Assembly (NCBI GenBank): GCA_023665205.1
Contig: JAMPEJ010000005.1
Location: forward strand, 89,273-153,272
DNA length: 64,000 bases
Reading direction: 5' to 3'
From: Corallococcus sp.
GTDB lineage: Bacteria; Bacillota; Clostridia; Christensenellales; CAG-314
The notes below the pieces were generated by a model. That model was not told the origin of the DNA. It searched no databases and worked only from the letters and a program-made list of their open reading frames with translations. Made by a program: the position numbers and the translations under genes. This document shows, piece by piece, positions 8,747-18,244 of the stretch (positions are counted from its first letter, which is position 1; each line of letters begins with the position of its first letter).

Positions 8747-8956
8747 ATGAACATAATTGTTGCAGAACGTATTCTAGAACTGATGAAAGAACACAACCTG
8801 AATCAAATGAAACTGGCGGAAAAACTTGGCGTTACTCAAGCGGCAATAAGTAATTGGCTTCTCAAAAAGAAAGAACCCAGCATTAAGTCTTTGTGGTTGC
8901 TTGCAGATTATTTCGACACCGATATCGATTATATTGTCGGAAGAAAGAATTATTGA
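8747..8956 (+). CDS. XRE-family (Cro/CI-type) helix-turn-helix transcriptional regulator, 69 aa
   Basis: AAGGAG RBS. The segment NQMKLAEKLGVTQAAISNWLLKKKEPSIKSL is a typical HTH_XRE. Divergent from the Cys-rich pseudogene. Confidence 0.85.
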   Translation: MNIIVAERILELMKEHNLNQMKLAEKLGVTQAAISNWLLKKKEPSIKSLWLLADYFDTDIDYIVGRKNY

Positions 8957-9152
8957 CAATTATTGTTCTGTTTCAATAAATATGCAAATAAAAGCATTTA
9001 CAATAATTTGAATAAAATCGCTTACGAAAAGTATTGATTTGTGCTATAATTAGACCAACTTAATACAACACGAACATGTGGCACTGCGTGCGTAAATCTG
9101 GTTACGGTTTATGCGCTCGGCGCCTTTTTTTTGATAAAGGAGGATTTTATTT

Positions 9153-10631
9153 ATGGAAGAAAACAACGTCAAAAGTCAAAACGCGTTTCTGGGTAAGGAG
9201 AAAGTCGGCAAACTGCTGCTGAAATTTTCGCTGCCGTGCGTTTTAAGTTTGATCATTCAAGCGCTGTACAACCTTGTAGATCAAATCTTTATCGGACACA
9301 GTCCCGCGCTTGGCGCAATAGGTAACGCCGCAACCGGCATAGTTTATCCGCTGACTGTAATTGCGCTGGGGCTTGGATTGTGGTTGGGCGACGGCGCCGC
9401 CGCTTGTATGAGTATAAATCAAGGCAAGCAAGATACGGAAAGTTCGGCAAAAAGCATCGGAACGGCGCTCTTTTTCGGAACCGTTTTCGGCGCAATACTG
9501 ACAATTATTACCCTATGTCTCAACGTACAGATACTTTCTGCAATAGGCGCGTCGGGAGACATTTTGGACGCTTCGGTCGAATACTCGCTGTTTATAGCTA
9601 TCGGTTTTATCTTCTTTATATTGGCATGCGTCTTAAATCCGATAATCCGCGCCGACGGCAGTCCGAAGTTTGCCATGCTTGCAATGGCCGTGGGCGCCGT
9701 AATAAATATCGCGTTGGATCCCGTGTTTATTTACGTAGCAGATATGGGTATGACGGGGGCGGCTCTCGCAACGTTTTTGGGGCAAACCATTACGTTTATA
9801 CTGCACGTAGCGTATCTGTTCAAAAGCAAAACTTTCAAACTTAAATGGAAAGATTTTATACCCAACTTCGGACTGTTGGGCAAATTGCTCAAATACGGTA
9901 TTTCCAGTTTCTTGACGCAGTTAGCGATCGTCATAATTTCCATAGTAAACAATGCGCTTTTGAAAGTTTACAGCGCGGCTAACGGATACGATCCGCAAAT
10001 AACGCAAGGCGTTTTAACGTTGGCATTCAAGGTATTCGGAATAGTCGTATCTATCGTTATAGGCATTGCCAGCGGCGGACAACCTATTTTGGGCTACAAC
10101 TACGGCGCAAAAAAATACGGACGAGTAAAGAAAACTTACAAATACATTTTATTTGCCACGTTGATCGTAGGCGTTATCGCCACAGTTTTGTTTGAAGCAT
10201 GCCCCAAACTGTTTTTGCTTATTTTCGGAGACGGCGGCGACAAGGCGGACAAAGTCGCATATGCGCAATTCACCGTGCTTACCTTCCGTATTTATTTGGG
10301 ATTTATTGCGCTTACCTGCATTATCAAAGTTTCCGCAATCTTTTTGCAATCCATAGGCAAACCGGTGCTTGCCGCAATAATATCTATGTGCCGCGACGTA
10401 ATAATCTTGGTACCTGCGGCAATAGTAATGTGCGTATGCGGAGGCGTGAATCTGTTACTGTGGAGCGCTCCGATATCCGATTGCGTATCCTTTGTGCTTT
10501 GCGTCGTTATTATTTGGTCAGTTCTTAAAAAGATGCCGAAAACGGACGTAGACGAAGTATTGCAGCAAAACGACGGAGAACAAGACTTGCAGTCAGAAAA
10601 CGCTGCTGCAACGGTAAACGCGGAAGAGTAA
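9153..10631 (+). CDS. MATE-family efflux transporter
   Basis: 12-TM-like, 492 aa. N-terminus KLLLKFSLPCVLSLIIQALYNLVDQIFIGH is typical of MATE. AAGGAGG RBS. Confidence 0.85.
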   Translation: MEENNVKSQNAFLGKEKVGKLLLKFSLPCVLSLIIQALYNLVDQIFIGHSPALGAIGNAATGIVYPLTVIALGLGLWLGDGAAACMSINQGKQDTESSAKSIGTALFFGTVFGAILTIITLCLNVQILSAIGASGDILDASVEYSLFIAIGFIFFILACVLNPIIRADGSPKFAMLAMAVGAVINIALDPVFIYVADMGMTGAALATFLGQTITFILHVAYLFKSKTFKLKWKDFIPNFGLLGKLLKYGISSFLTQLAIVIISIVNNALLKVYSAANGYDPQITQGVLTLAFKVFGIVVSIVIGIASGGQPILGYNYGAKKYGRVKKTYKYILFATLIVGVIATVLFEACPKLFLLIFGDGGDKADKVAYAQFTVLTFRIYLGFIALTCIIKVSAIFLQSIGKPVLAAIISMCRDVIILVPAAIVMCVCGGVNLLLWSAPISDCVSFVLCVVIIWSVLKKMPKTDVDEVLQQNDGEQDLQSENAAATVNAEE

Positions 10632-10662
10632 ATAAAACGGCGCGATATTTTTACAATAACTA

Positions 10663-10691
10663 TTGAAGCATGCAAAGATTTGTGTTATAAT
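10663..10691 (+). promoter_or_regulatory. Sigma-70-type promoter upstream of 10809 gene
   Basis: TTGAAG, 17 nt spacer, TATAAT with TGT directly upstream. Would give a ~110 nt leader. Confidence 0.5.
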
Positions 10692-10808
10692 ACGGGCAAC
10701 AAATAAATCTTGTCAAAATCTAAATATCTATTAAACGTTGTTATATTATCTACCGACTACAATATTGCTCGTTTAATAATATAATATCAAAAAATCGGAG
10801 GTTGACCG

Positions 10809-11294
10809 ATGGTATTAAACCAAATTGCTTTCTTTGCCGATATGCCGAACCTGCAGACAGTGGAACTTGCGCTGGGTATCATTGCGGGGATATTTGTTTT
10901 GTCTTCGCTGACGTTCAAGTGCACTACTACCAAAATGAATATTTTGATGCGGTGCCTGAATACCGCCGGCTGTGCATTTTTTGTTACAGAAGGTGTTTTG
11001 ATGGTTGTAGAGGGCAACTACGCGGGATGGTCGCTGGTTGTGCCTAACGCAATACTTATAGGTTTTAATGCGTATTATATTGTCAAAATGCTGATCGGTC
11101 TAAAAAAAGGCTCCGCCGCCGCAAAGGATAGCACTGCGCCTTCGTCACACTCAGAAAACGTCAACGCAGTCACAGCGGAAACGGCTGACAAAGACACACG
11201 AACGGAAGCAATTTTGAATACCGTAAAACAACTTGCAGACAAATGCGAAACCATGGAAGAGTTGCGCGCCGCACTGAAAGACGTCACGCCGTAA
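10809..11294 (+). CDS. Small integral membrane protein (possibly YgjV-like) with soluble C-terminal tail
   Basis: GGAGG RBS 7 nt upstream of the ATG. About 3 hydrophobic helices. The family assignment is tentative. Confidence 0.55.
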   Translation: MVLNQIAFFADMPNLQTVELALGIIAGIFVLSSLTFKCTTTKMNILMRCLNTAGCAFFVTEGVLMVVEGNYAGWSLVVPNAILIGFNAYYIVKMLIGLKKGSAAAKDSTAPSSHSENVNAVTAETADKDTRTEAILNTVKQLADKCETMEELRAALKDVTP

Positions 11295-11312
11295 CACCTT
11301 ACGATAAAAAAA

Positions 11313-11344
11313 TGCCCGCTCTTTCACAGCAGAAACAGCGGGCA
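11313..11344. terminator. Bidirectional terminator between convergent genes
   Basis: TGCCCGCT ... AGCGGGCA stem flanked by an A-run (5' side) and a T-run (3' side). Confidence 0.6.
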
Positions 11345-11355
11345 AATTTTATATA

Positions 11356-11520
11356 CTAAAACACCGTTTCGGAAGCGGACTTTTCGTATGTGACCACAAT
11401 GCCGTAGCCTCTTGCCAAATTGGGCGATACGGCAATCACACGCCATCCTGCGTTCGCCATTCTGTTCATTTCTTCTTCCGCCTCTTTTACTTTGTAAATT
11501 TCCACTTTATACGTATACAT
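11356..11520 (-). CDS. DUF4177-like small protein (54 aa)
   Basis: ORF 11356..11544 trimmed to ATG 11520 (AAAGGAGAA RBS). MYTYKVEIYKV...NRMANAGWRVIAVSP pattern. Confidence 0.6.
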   Translation of the reverse strand: MYTYKVEIYKVKEAEEEMNRMANAGWRVIAVSPNLARGYGIVVTYEKSASETVF

Positions 11521-11581
11521 ATTTTTTCTCCTTTTTACGAACACATTGTTCTCACGAAAGTCCGATACAAATTTTACTACG

Positions 11582-13807
11582 TTACTTTTGCACTCGCCCT
11601 ATTTCTTCCGGCGTATTTTTGTTTTTGACAGTGGCAGTCAAGTGCAGTTGGAACGTTGCAAAATCGGCAAAGGTCTGAGGCAAAATTATCCCTGCTGCGC
11701 GCAAAGTTTTGCCGCAAACGGTAACTCCAAGTTCCTCTATTTCGTAATAGAAATCATCCCGTAATCCGAACACTTTCAGCAAGCGTCCGCGGGCGTTTTC
11801 CAAAATAAGACCGTGCAAGCCGACAAGACGGGCTTTTGTCTTATCCTTACTTACTTGGCAAACCGCCCAAAGACTGTCTTCCGTAGCGTCCGTCAGGCGG
11901 TACACGTCGCCAGTTATCACCAGATCGGCATCGCGACGGTACCGCGCGATTTGCGCTTTTATCTGTTGTCTTTCCTCTGCCGACAGCGCAGTCAAATCCA
12001 ATTCGTAACCGAAACTGCACGTACAAGCCACGTTGTAACGGGCGTCAAACGACACAGTGCGTTGCGATTGATGGTTAGGCACGGTGGAGAAATGTGCGGA
12101 CATTGCGCTCATCGGATAGCACAGCGAAGTGCCGTTTTGGATAAACGTCCGTAAATATGCATCGGTGTTGTCGCTGGTCCAAATTTGAGGAAAGTAATAC
12201 AGCATGCCTGCATCAAACCTGCCTCCGCCTCCGCTGCATCCCTCAATAAACAAGTCGGGGAAATTCCGCCTAAGCCTAAGTGCCAACGAGTACACGCCCA
12301 ATACGTAACGGTGAGTAAATTCGCCCTGCCTGCCGTGCGGAAGCGACACAGAGTACAGATCAGCAAGATATCTGTTCATATCCCATTTGACGTAGTCTAC
12401 TCCGTATTCGGAAATTATTCCGCGCATTTTTTCGTAAATATATTCCACAACGTCAGGATTGGCAAAATCTAAAACAAGTTGGTTGCGCCCGAATGCGCGG
12501 CCGCGTCTGTTGGGACAACACAAGGCCCATTCCGGACGTTCGGCAAAAAGCCGCGTGCCGACGTTTACCATTTCCGGTTCGAACCACAGTCCGAATTTAA
12601 GTCCGCGTTTATGACAATATTCGGAAATCGCGGCAAGTCCGCCGGGCAATTTTTCAAAGTCTATCTGCCAATCTCCCAACCCGTTTGTGTCGTCGCTGCG
12701 GTTTGTAAACCAACCGTCGTCCAAAACAAATGTGTCCGCGCCCACTTCCGTAGCAACGTCGGCGATATCTTTCAGTTTTTGCGCGTCAAAATTGAAATAG
12801 GTTGCTTCCCAATTGTTGACCACCACCGGTCGCTGCGTTTTCGCAAATGCAGGATCCATCAGGTGTTCGCGATAAAAATCGTGAAAAGCGCGAGACATTC
12901 CGCCCAAACCTTCGCAAGAATAAACGAGTACCGCTTGCGGCGAGTAAAAAGCTTCGCCCGAAGGCAAATACCATCGGAAGTTTTCCGCGTCTATTCCGCC
13001 CTGCAAACGGGTGCTTTTAAGCGAGTTGTTTTCACACGTGATGGAAAACGAACCGCTGTATACAAGGTTTACGCCCAACGTTTCCCCTTGCGTTTCGGTC
13101 GCGGAACCGTCGACCAGCGCCAAAAACGGATTGAAACAGTGCGACGACTCTCCGCGCGCTCCGTCGGTAATCTGCAATATTCCCGAGTGGGCCGACCTAC
13201 GTACAATTTGCCGTTCGCTTGCCCAATTACCGACAAGTTGAACGGTATCTTTGTCCGAGTCGTACAAATCCAAATTGAAGGAGGCAAGTTTACAAACAGA
13301 AACGGGATTTTTGCCACCGTTGAAAACGCTTGCCGAACGCACCACCGCATCGCTGTCGTCAAACACGGTATAATACAAACTTAGAGTCAAATTGTTGACT
13401 TCGTCTCTCATATCCACTTTCAAGGTTTCGCCGCCGCGCGCACAGGGCAACGGCTCAGGCAAAACGCGACCGTGCAAAACTTCGTAGCCGACATACCGAA
13501 AATCAGTAAGACGACTGCCGTTCGGCATTTCCAATACTACCGACGGACGGCGATAGTCACCCATTTGTCCTACGGACGTTTCCAGCAGCATTGCGTTGAG
13601 ATTATCGTTTGGCAGCGTTGCGCCGTCAAAGTTTACCGCAGCGCCCAAGTACGCCGTTTGCGCAAGATGCCGCGCATTTTCCTCCGTCGGCAACTTTTCA
13701 CCGAAATACAAATGACGTAAAAAACCGTGTTCGTCCGCAAAAAATATATAACTTACGTTTTTGCCCTGCAAATGAAAAGTTTTGCTTGCGCTGTTATAGC
13801 GTATCAT
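11582..13807 (-). CDS. Alpha-galactosidase (GH36, melibiase)
   Basis: ORF trimmed to ATG 13807. KWDMNR and CSGGGGRFD catalytic-region motifs. Length and N-terminus are typical of GH36 AgaA/MelA-type enzymes. Confidence 0.9.
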   Translation of the reverse strand: MIRYNSASKTFHLQGKNVSYIFFADEHGFLRHLYFGEKLPTEENARHLAQTAYLGAAVNFDGATLPNDNLNAMLLETSVGQMGDYRRPSVVLEMPNGSRLTDFRYVGYEVLHGRVLPEPLPCARGGETLKVDMRDEVNNLTLSLYYTVFDDSDAVVRSASVFNGGKNPVSVCKLASFNLDLYDSDKDTVQLVGNWASERQIVRRSAHSGILQITDGARGESSHCFNPFLALVDGSATETQGETLGVNLVYSGSFSITCENNSLKSTRLQGGIDAENFRWYLPSGEAFYSPQAVLVYSCEGLGGMSRAFHDFYREHLMDPAFAKTQRPVVVNNWEATYFNFDAQKLKDIADVATEVGADTFVLDDGWFTNRSDDTNGLGDWQIDFEKLPGGLAAISEYCHKRGLKFGLWFEPEMVNVGTRLFAERPEWALCCPNRRGRAFGRNQLVLDFANPDVVEYIYEKMRGIISEYGVDYVKWDMNRYLADLYSVSLPHGRQGEFTHRYVLGVYSLALRLRRNFPDLFIEGCSGGGGRFDAGMLYYFPQIWTSDNTDAYLRTFIQNGTSLCYPMSAMSAHFSTVPNHQSQRTVSFDARYNVACTCSFGYELDLTALSAEERQQIKAQIARYRRDADLVITGDVYRLTDATEDSLWAVCQVSKDKTKARLVGLHGLILENARGRLLKVFGLRDDFYYEIEELGVTVCGKTLRAAGIILPQTFADFATFQLHLTATVKNKNTPEEIGRVQK

Positions 13808-14004
13808 AAAAAAGCGCTCCCTTTTGATATAAACTAAATATATTGTAACAAAACTTGCCTTGCTTGTACATATGCAAAACAAAGTTGTTTTTTCATTTTT
13901 GCAAAAAATCATAGCAATATAAACTTTACAAGACGTTGAAAAAACGCGGAACTTTTTAGAAATACGCTAATACGGCAAATATATTCGTCCAAAACAAATC
14001 GGCA

Positions 14005-14030
14005 ACAAAAACGCCGAGAATTACTCGGCG
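14005..14030 (-). terminator. Rho-independent terminator overlapping the 14021 gene stop
   Basis: Minus strand: CGCCGAG-TAATT-CTCGGCG followed by TTTTTG. Confidence 0.65.
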
Positions 14031-14563
14031 CTGAAACGTTGCTGCAATTGCTGCACAAATTTTTTTGTCTGTTTGGGGGAATGCAACGTTATAACACGAA
14101 CTTGCGCGTTATCCTCCGCCAATTGCAAAATCTGCGGACGCACGTTCTTCTTGAAAGTCCATATGTATTTTACAAAATAAGCGTCCAATTTTTCCAAACA
14201 GCCGTCGGCTATATCGAACCGCTGTTTTTTGCGGTACTTGAAGAATCGCGACACCGCTCTAAACATACATAACCGGCGTTGATAATCCAAAAATATTACC
14301 AACGTCGCCCGTTGAAAACGTGCGTCAAGATGACTGCGCCACATACCGTCGATTAGCCAACCGTCTTGGGCAATCAAATTGTCATGAATGGTCTGTCGTT
14401 CCTCAAAAGGCAGCATCTGCCAATTTTTATTCCACAGCACCTTGTCCAAATGGATGACCGGTTTGCCCAAAATTTGTCCCAGTTGAAGTGCAAGCGTTGT
14501 TTTGCCGCTACCCGGGCAACCGATTACCGCAACTCTGGAAAAATCCGTTTGAGTAAAATCCAT
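14021..14563 (-). CDS. P-loop NTPase, FlaR-like DNA topology modulation / adenylate-kinase-like protein
   Basis: Walker A GCPGSGKTT. LIDG, FLDY and the C-terminal IWTFKKNVRP region are typical of the FlaR-like family. Confidence 0.75.
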   Translation of the reverse strand: MDFTQTDFSRVAVIGCPGSGKTTLALQLGQILGKPVIHLDKVLWNKNWQMLPFEERQTIHDNLIAQDGWLIDGMWRSHLDARFQRATLVIFLDYQRRLCMFRAVSRFFKYRKKQRFDIADGCLEKLDAYFVKYIWTFKKNVRPQILQLAEDNAQVRVITLHSPKQTKKFVQQLQQRFSAE

Positions 14564-14570
14564 ATAGCAG

Positions 14571-15023
14571 CTACCTTTCGGAAAATTCTTTTATTGCGCG
14601 CTGCTTGTCGCGTTCCAGATCTTTGTTCAACAACGTTTGCTTTTTGTCGTAATTCTGTTTACCCTTTACAAGCCCTACTTCTACCTTTACGAGAGCATCC
14701 TTAAAATACATTTTAAGCGGCACGATAGAATATCCCTTTTCGCGCACTTTCCCTAGCAGGCGCATTACCTCGCGTTTGTGCGCCAAAAGTCTCCTGTCTC
14801 TGCGACTGTCGGTATTGGAAAAACTGCCCTTATCGTAGTTTTTGATATGGCACCCTAAAAGTACCAAATTGCCGTTTTCCACCCTGCAATAAGAATCGGC
14901 GAGGTTGACTTCGCCTTTACGCAAAGATTTGACCTCGCACCCGATAAGATTTATACCGCATTCCAACGTCTCTACCACAAAGTAGTCGTGAAATACTTTT
15001 TTGTTTGTCGATATCAGTTTCAT
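14571..15023 (-). CDS. smpB: SsrA-binding protein SmpB
   Basis: Canonical SmpB: NKKVFHDYF...GCEVKSLR...LLAHKRE...KGYSIVPLK... Confidence 0.95.
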   Translation of the reverse strand: MKLISTNKKVFHDYFVVETLECGINLIGCEVKSLRKGEVNLADSYCRVENGNLVLLGCHIKNYDKGSFSNTDSRRDRRLLAHKREVMRLLGKVREKGYSIVPLKMYFKDALVKVEVGLVKGKQNYDKKQTLLNKDLERDKQRAIKEFSER

Positions 15024-15046
15024 TTACAAGTATTCAGTGCAGACGT

Positions 15047-15565
15047 TTATTCGTGTCCATCCGTGCCTGTCAAAGCAACGTTGTCTGCATCCTTTTTGTT
15101 CGCGTCGCTTTTGCCGGAAGGTTTTGCCGAAACTTCGGTATCGGATATTTTTTCGTCCGCTTCCGCAACTTTTTCCTCAGCGTCTTTATCCTGCGATTCG
15201 TCGTCGCTTCTTTCGGCATCGTCCTCGTCGGCATCGGCAATACCAAGTTTTTTGCGGCGGTTATCGCGTCCTATACCTATAGCCATAACTATATCGCACA
15301 CGAAATACGCCACCAAGAATACCACCCAAATAAAGCCGAATAAAGTCGGCAAATTTTGTATGACCCACTGCGTAAGAATATAACATACGAGCGACAAACT
15401 TAAAAAGACAAGCGCCACAACGTTCATCTTGGTGTGGTTTCGCTTTTTTATATTCATAGCCAGGTCGGTAAACAGCAACGCTACTCCAAGTACCGCCACG
15501 ACCAGACCTATCCATTTTGCCGCGTCCGTCCCCTTAGAGAACGCAAAAACGTTTGCCGTGTACAT
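15047..15565 (-). CDS. Membrane protein of unknown function with acidic C-terminal tail
   Basis: AGAGGTGA RBS. About 4 hydrophobic helices, then a D/E/K-rich tail. Lies between rnr and smpB. Confidence 0.6.
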   Translation of the reverse strand: MYTANVFAFSKGTDAAKWIGLVVAVLGVALLFTDLAMNIKKRNHTKMNVVALVFLSLSLVCYILTQWVIQNLPTLFGFIWVVFLVAYFVCDIVMAIGIGRDNRRKKLGIADADEDDAERSDDESQDKDAEEKVAEADEKISDTEVSAKPSGKSDANKKDADNVALTGTDGHE

Positions 15566-15768
15566 AATTCACCTCTTTAGTGTTGTCGCTTGCGCATCAA
15601 CCGTGCTGCCGTACAAACAGTCTTGCCGCACGCAACGTTTATCTCGAGCGCTTACAGTCAGTCCTGTGCAAAATGCTTCAAACCGAAACAAAAAAGGCTT
15701 TTCAGGACTTTTAAGGTATAACTCTGATTGCAAAAAGGCTAACGCAAAAAATTGCTTTTTACAAAATA

Positions 15769-15798
15769 TATTATACACTTTGCAATAGAAAATAGTCA
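15769..15798 (-). promoter_or_regulatory. Sigma-70-type promoter downstream of rnr
   Basis: Minus strand: TTGACT, 18 nt spacer, TATAAT. Confidence 0.5.
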
Positions 15799-15821
15799 AC
15801 GTTTTTGGGAAAAATTGTACT

Positions 15822-17945
15822 TTACTGCTTGCGACGGCGCGTTTTACCGTCGGATCTCAATAAATCGAAATATATTTTTGCCGCCTGCATATTGACGTCG
15901 GTAACCGCAACGTTCACGCTGTCTCCCAACGCAAAAGTCTTTGCAGGGCTTACAAGACAAAATTTCTTAGGATTGTAAACAAATTTGTCTCCCAATTTTT
16001 CCACGGGAACAAAGCCCTCCACCGTGTTTGCAAGCTGACAAAAAATACCGCGCTCGGTAACGCCGGATATGGTAGCTGCAAAATCCCGCCCGATGACGGT
16101 TTGCGCGTATGCACACTTCTTTACGTCGTCCGCTTTACGTTCCGCCTCGTCGGCAAGTCTCTCGCGCGCGCAGCACTGGGCGGAAGTCTCCGCCGCAACG
16201 TCTTGAAATTTTACAATAGCGGCGTCGGTCATTTCTCCGCGCAAAAGCGTTTTCAAAATACGGTGAACGGTAAGATCCGGATAACGCCGTATCGGAGAAG
16301 TAAAGTGACAGTACGTTTCGCAAGCCAAACCGAAATGCCCCGAGTTTGCCTGACTGTATTTTGCCTTTTGCATAGTGCGGAGCGTAACCTCGTTTATAAA
16401 ATTGAAATACGGCGTATTTTGCGCTTGTACAAGAGCGTCCTGTAATACCGAATTGTGTATTTGCTTAGAACGTTTAACTTTTATTCCCACACCCTGCATC
16501 AACGTAAGCAAATCTGCATACTTTTGCTCGTCGGGTTTTTCATGAACTCGATACACAAAGGGGATTTGGCATGACTCGGCGTACTCTGCTACGCATACGT
16601 TTGCCGCAACCATAAATTCTTCTATCAATTGATGAGAAAACTTACGTTCGTACGGTACGACGTCCACTACTTTTCCAGACTCGTCGTAAACAAAGTTTAC
16701 CTCGCGCGAAGCAAAGTCGATACATCCGCGATCGATACGTTTTTTGATCAGCGTTTCCGCAAGACGCTTCATTTCAAACAAATCGTCGCAAACGTCCGAA
16801 AGCCGCTTCATCGTTTGTTTATCTCCGTCGAATACAGCCTGAACCTCGTCGTAAGTCAAGCGACGGCTACTGTTGATAACGGAAGGAAAAATATCGTACT
16901 GCAACACTTTGCCGCGATTGTCAAACAACATTTCGCAACTTAGCGTAAGCCTGTCTTCCCCTGCATAAAGAGAACATATTCCGTTGGAAAGCGCAGTAGG
17001 CAACATAGGAAATACCGTCTGCGGGAAATACACGCTTGTACCTCTTTGAAAAGCCTCGCGATCTATTGCGCCGCCCTCTTTGACGTAGTGCGAAACGTCT
17101 GCGATATGCACACCCAAAGTGCAAGTTCCGTCGGCATTTTTACGTATTGAGATTGCGTCGTCCAGATCCTTGGCATCCGCGCCGTCTATGGTAAACACAG
17201 TTTGTTTACGCAAATCCCTGCGTCCCGTAACGTCGCTATTTAATACTCGTTGTGGCAGTGCCGCGGCCTCAGACTCGCAAACGTTCGAAAAATCCTTATT
17301 CAAACCGAACGCATAAGCAACCGACAGCATATCCACGTCTTTTTGATCGGGGTAGCCCAAGACTTGCACAATTTCGCCCTCCGGACTGTTGCGGTTGTCT
17401 TTGGGATAGTTAAGTATCTTTGCCACAACCTTTTGTCCGTTTTTTGCGCCCATATCTCGCTTGGGTAAAATATAAATATCGCTTGCGAACTTTGCTTCGT
17501 CGGGAACGACAAAGCGGGCGTTTTCGGTTTTATCGTAAGTGCCTACAATTTGCGTTATACCGCGGGAAATGATCTTTACTACTTCGGCGCAATCTGTTGT
17601 ATTGTGAACGCGCGCATACAGCACGGTGTCGCGATGAAAAGCGCCGTGCGTTTTGTTTGCCGGCACAAACAGATCTTCGCCGTCCTCGCGCAGCAAAAAC
17701 CCGAAACCCCGTTGGTTTGCGTCAAACACGGCTCTACCGAAATCCTGCTCGGTTACAAGACGGTAACGACGGTTTTGTCCGTCAAAAACCAACAAACAGT
17801 CTTGCGTAAGTTTATTTAGAGCCGCAGAAACAGCCTTGCGCTCAAAAGAGGATTTGGTTTGCAAAATGCCGCAAACTTGCCTTGCGGTAAAGTATTGCCA
17901 GTCAGCATCCTTGATTATTTGTAATATTTTTTGTTCAAAATTCAT
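15822..17945 (-). CDS. rnr: Ribonuclease R
   Basis: RNB-domain motifs (DGADAKDLDDAISI), a C-terminal S1 domain and a basic tail. Synteny secG-rnr-smpB. Confidence 0.95.
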   Translation of the reverse strand: MNFEQKILQIIKDADWQYFTARQVCGILQTKSSFERKAVSAALNKLTQDCLLVFDGQNRRYRLVTEQDFGRAVFDANQRGFGFLLREDGEDLFVPANKTHGAFHRDTVLYARVHNTTDCAEVVKIISRGITQIVGTYDKTENARFVVPDEAKFASDIYILPKRDMGAKNGQKVVAKILNYPKDNRNSPEGEIVQVLGYPDQKDVDMLSVAYAFGLNKDFSNVCESEAAALPQRVLNSDVTGRRDLRKQTVFTIDGADAKDLDDAISIRKNADGTCTLGVHIADVSHYVKEGGAIDREAFQRGTSVYFPQTVFPMLPTALSNGICSLYAGEDRLTLSCEMLFDNRGKVLQYDIFPSVINSSRRLTYDEVQAVFDGDKQTMKRLSDVCDDLFEMKRLAETLIKKRIDRGCIDFASREVNFVYDESGKVVDVVPYERKFSHQLIEEFMVAANVCVAEYAESCQIPFVYRVHEKPDEQKYADLLTLMQGVGIKVKRSKQIHNSVLQDALVQAQNTPYFNFINEVTLRTMQKAKYSQANSGHFGLACETYCHFTSPIRRYPDLTVHRILKTLLRGEMTDAAIVKFQDVAAETSAQCCARERLADEAERKADDVKKCAYAQTVIGRDFAATISGVTERGIFCQLANTVEGFVPVEKLGDKFVYNPKKFCLVSPAKTFALGDSVNVAVTDVNMQAAKIYFDLLRSDGKTRRRKQ

Positions 17946-17984
17946 TTTTTTCCTTTTTTACTATTTACTGATTTGACTTGAAAC

Positions 17985-18195
17985 ATACCGTCGCACCAAC
18001 TTTTCGATTGATACAGGTAATGCGAGCAAATGCCGCACGAGACTTGGAATTGCAAGAATCAAAAGGACGGAGATTGTGCGCAATTGCCATCGTTGTGGAG
18101 CGAGGTCGTACTTGTTGTACGCTAGAGCGACAGAAGGCGGCAAGGGTGTGCGAGATACGACCTTTTCGGATTGCAACAACAAGGTAAATGCGGCA
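17985..18195. repeat. Structured intergenic repeat, copy 1 (core 18029..18195)
   Basis: The 167 nt core is about 85 % identical to 52576..52742. Closed by ATGCCGCA / TGCGGCAT. Contains an internal helix and a CGTAC-loop-GTACG hairpin. Confidence 0.85.
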
Positions 18196-18225
18196 TAAAA
18201 AAAGGGGCGAATTCGATGCTCGCCC
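18196..18225 (-). terminator. Rho-independent terminator of secG
   Basis: Minus strand: GGGGCGA-GCATCGAAT-TCGCCCC followed by T7. Confidence 0.85.
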
Positions 18226-18244
18226 CGACGTTTATTTTTTACAA

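Noticed and set aside
9051-9152. Guanidine (ykkC family) or other riboswitch/attenuator in the MATE gene leader. GCGC-TCG-GCGC followed by T8 lies just before the RBS.
   Set aside because: The stem is only 4 bp. None of the conserved ykkC, mini-ykkC (ACGR loops) or ykkC-III boxes is present. It may be a weak attenuator, but this is not supportable from sequence alone.
13913-14570. tmRNA (ssrA), expected downstream of smpB as in many Bacillota.
   Set aside because: The sequence downstream of smpB is fully occupied by the FlaR-like P-loop gene and its terminator. No tRNA-Ala-like acceptor/T-arm or tag-ORF pattern was seen.
18029-18195. The two 167 nt repeats as a diversity-generating retroelement TR/VR pair, or as retron msr/msd.
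   Set aside because: Mismatches are not confined to adenines of one copy. Neither copy lies in a coding 3' end. No reverse transcriptase gene is in the window.
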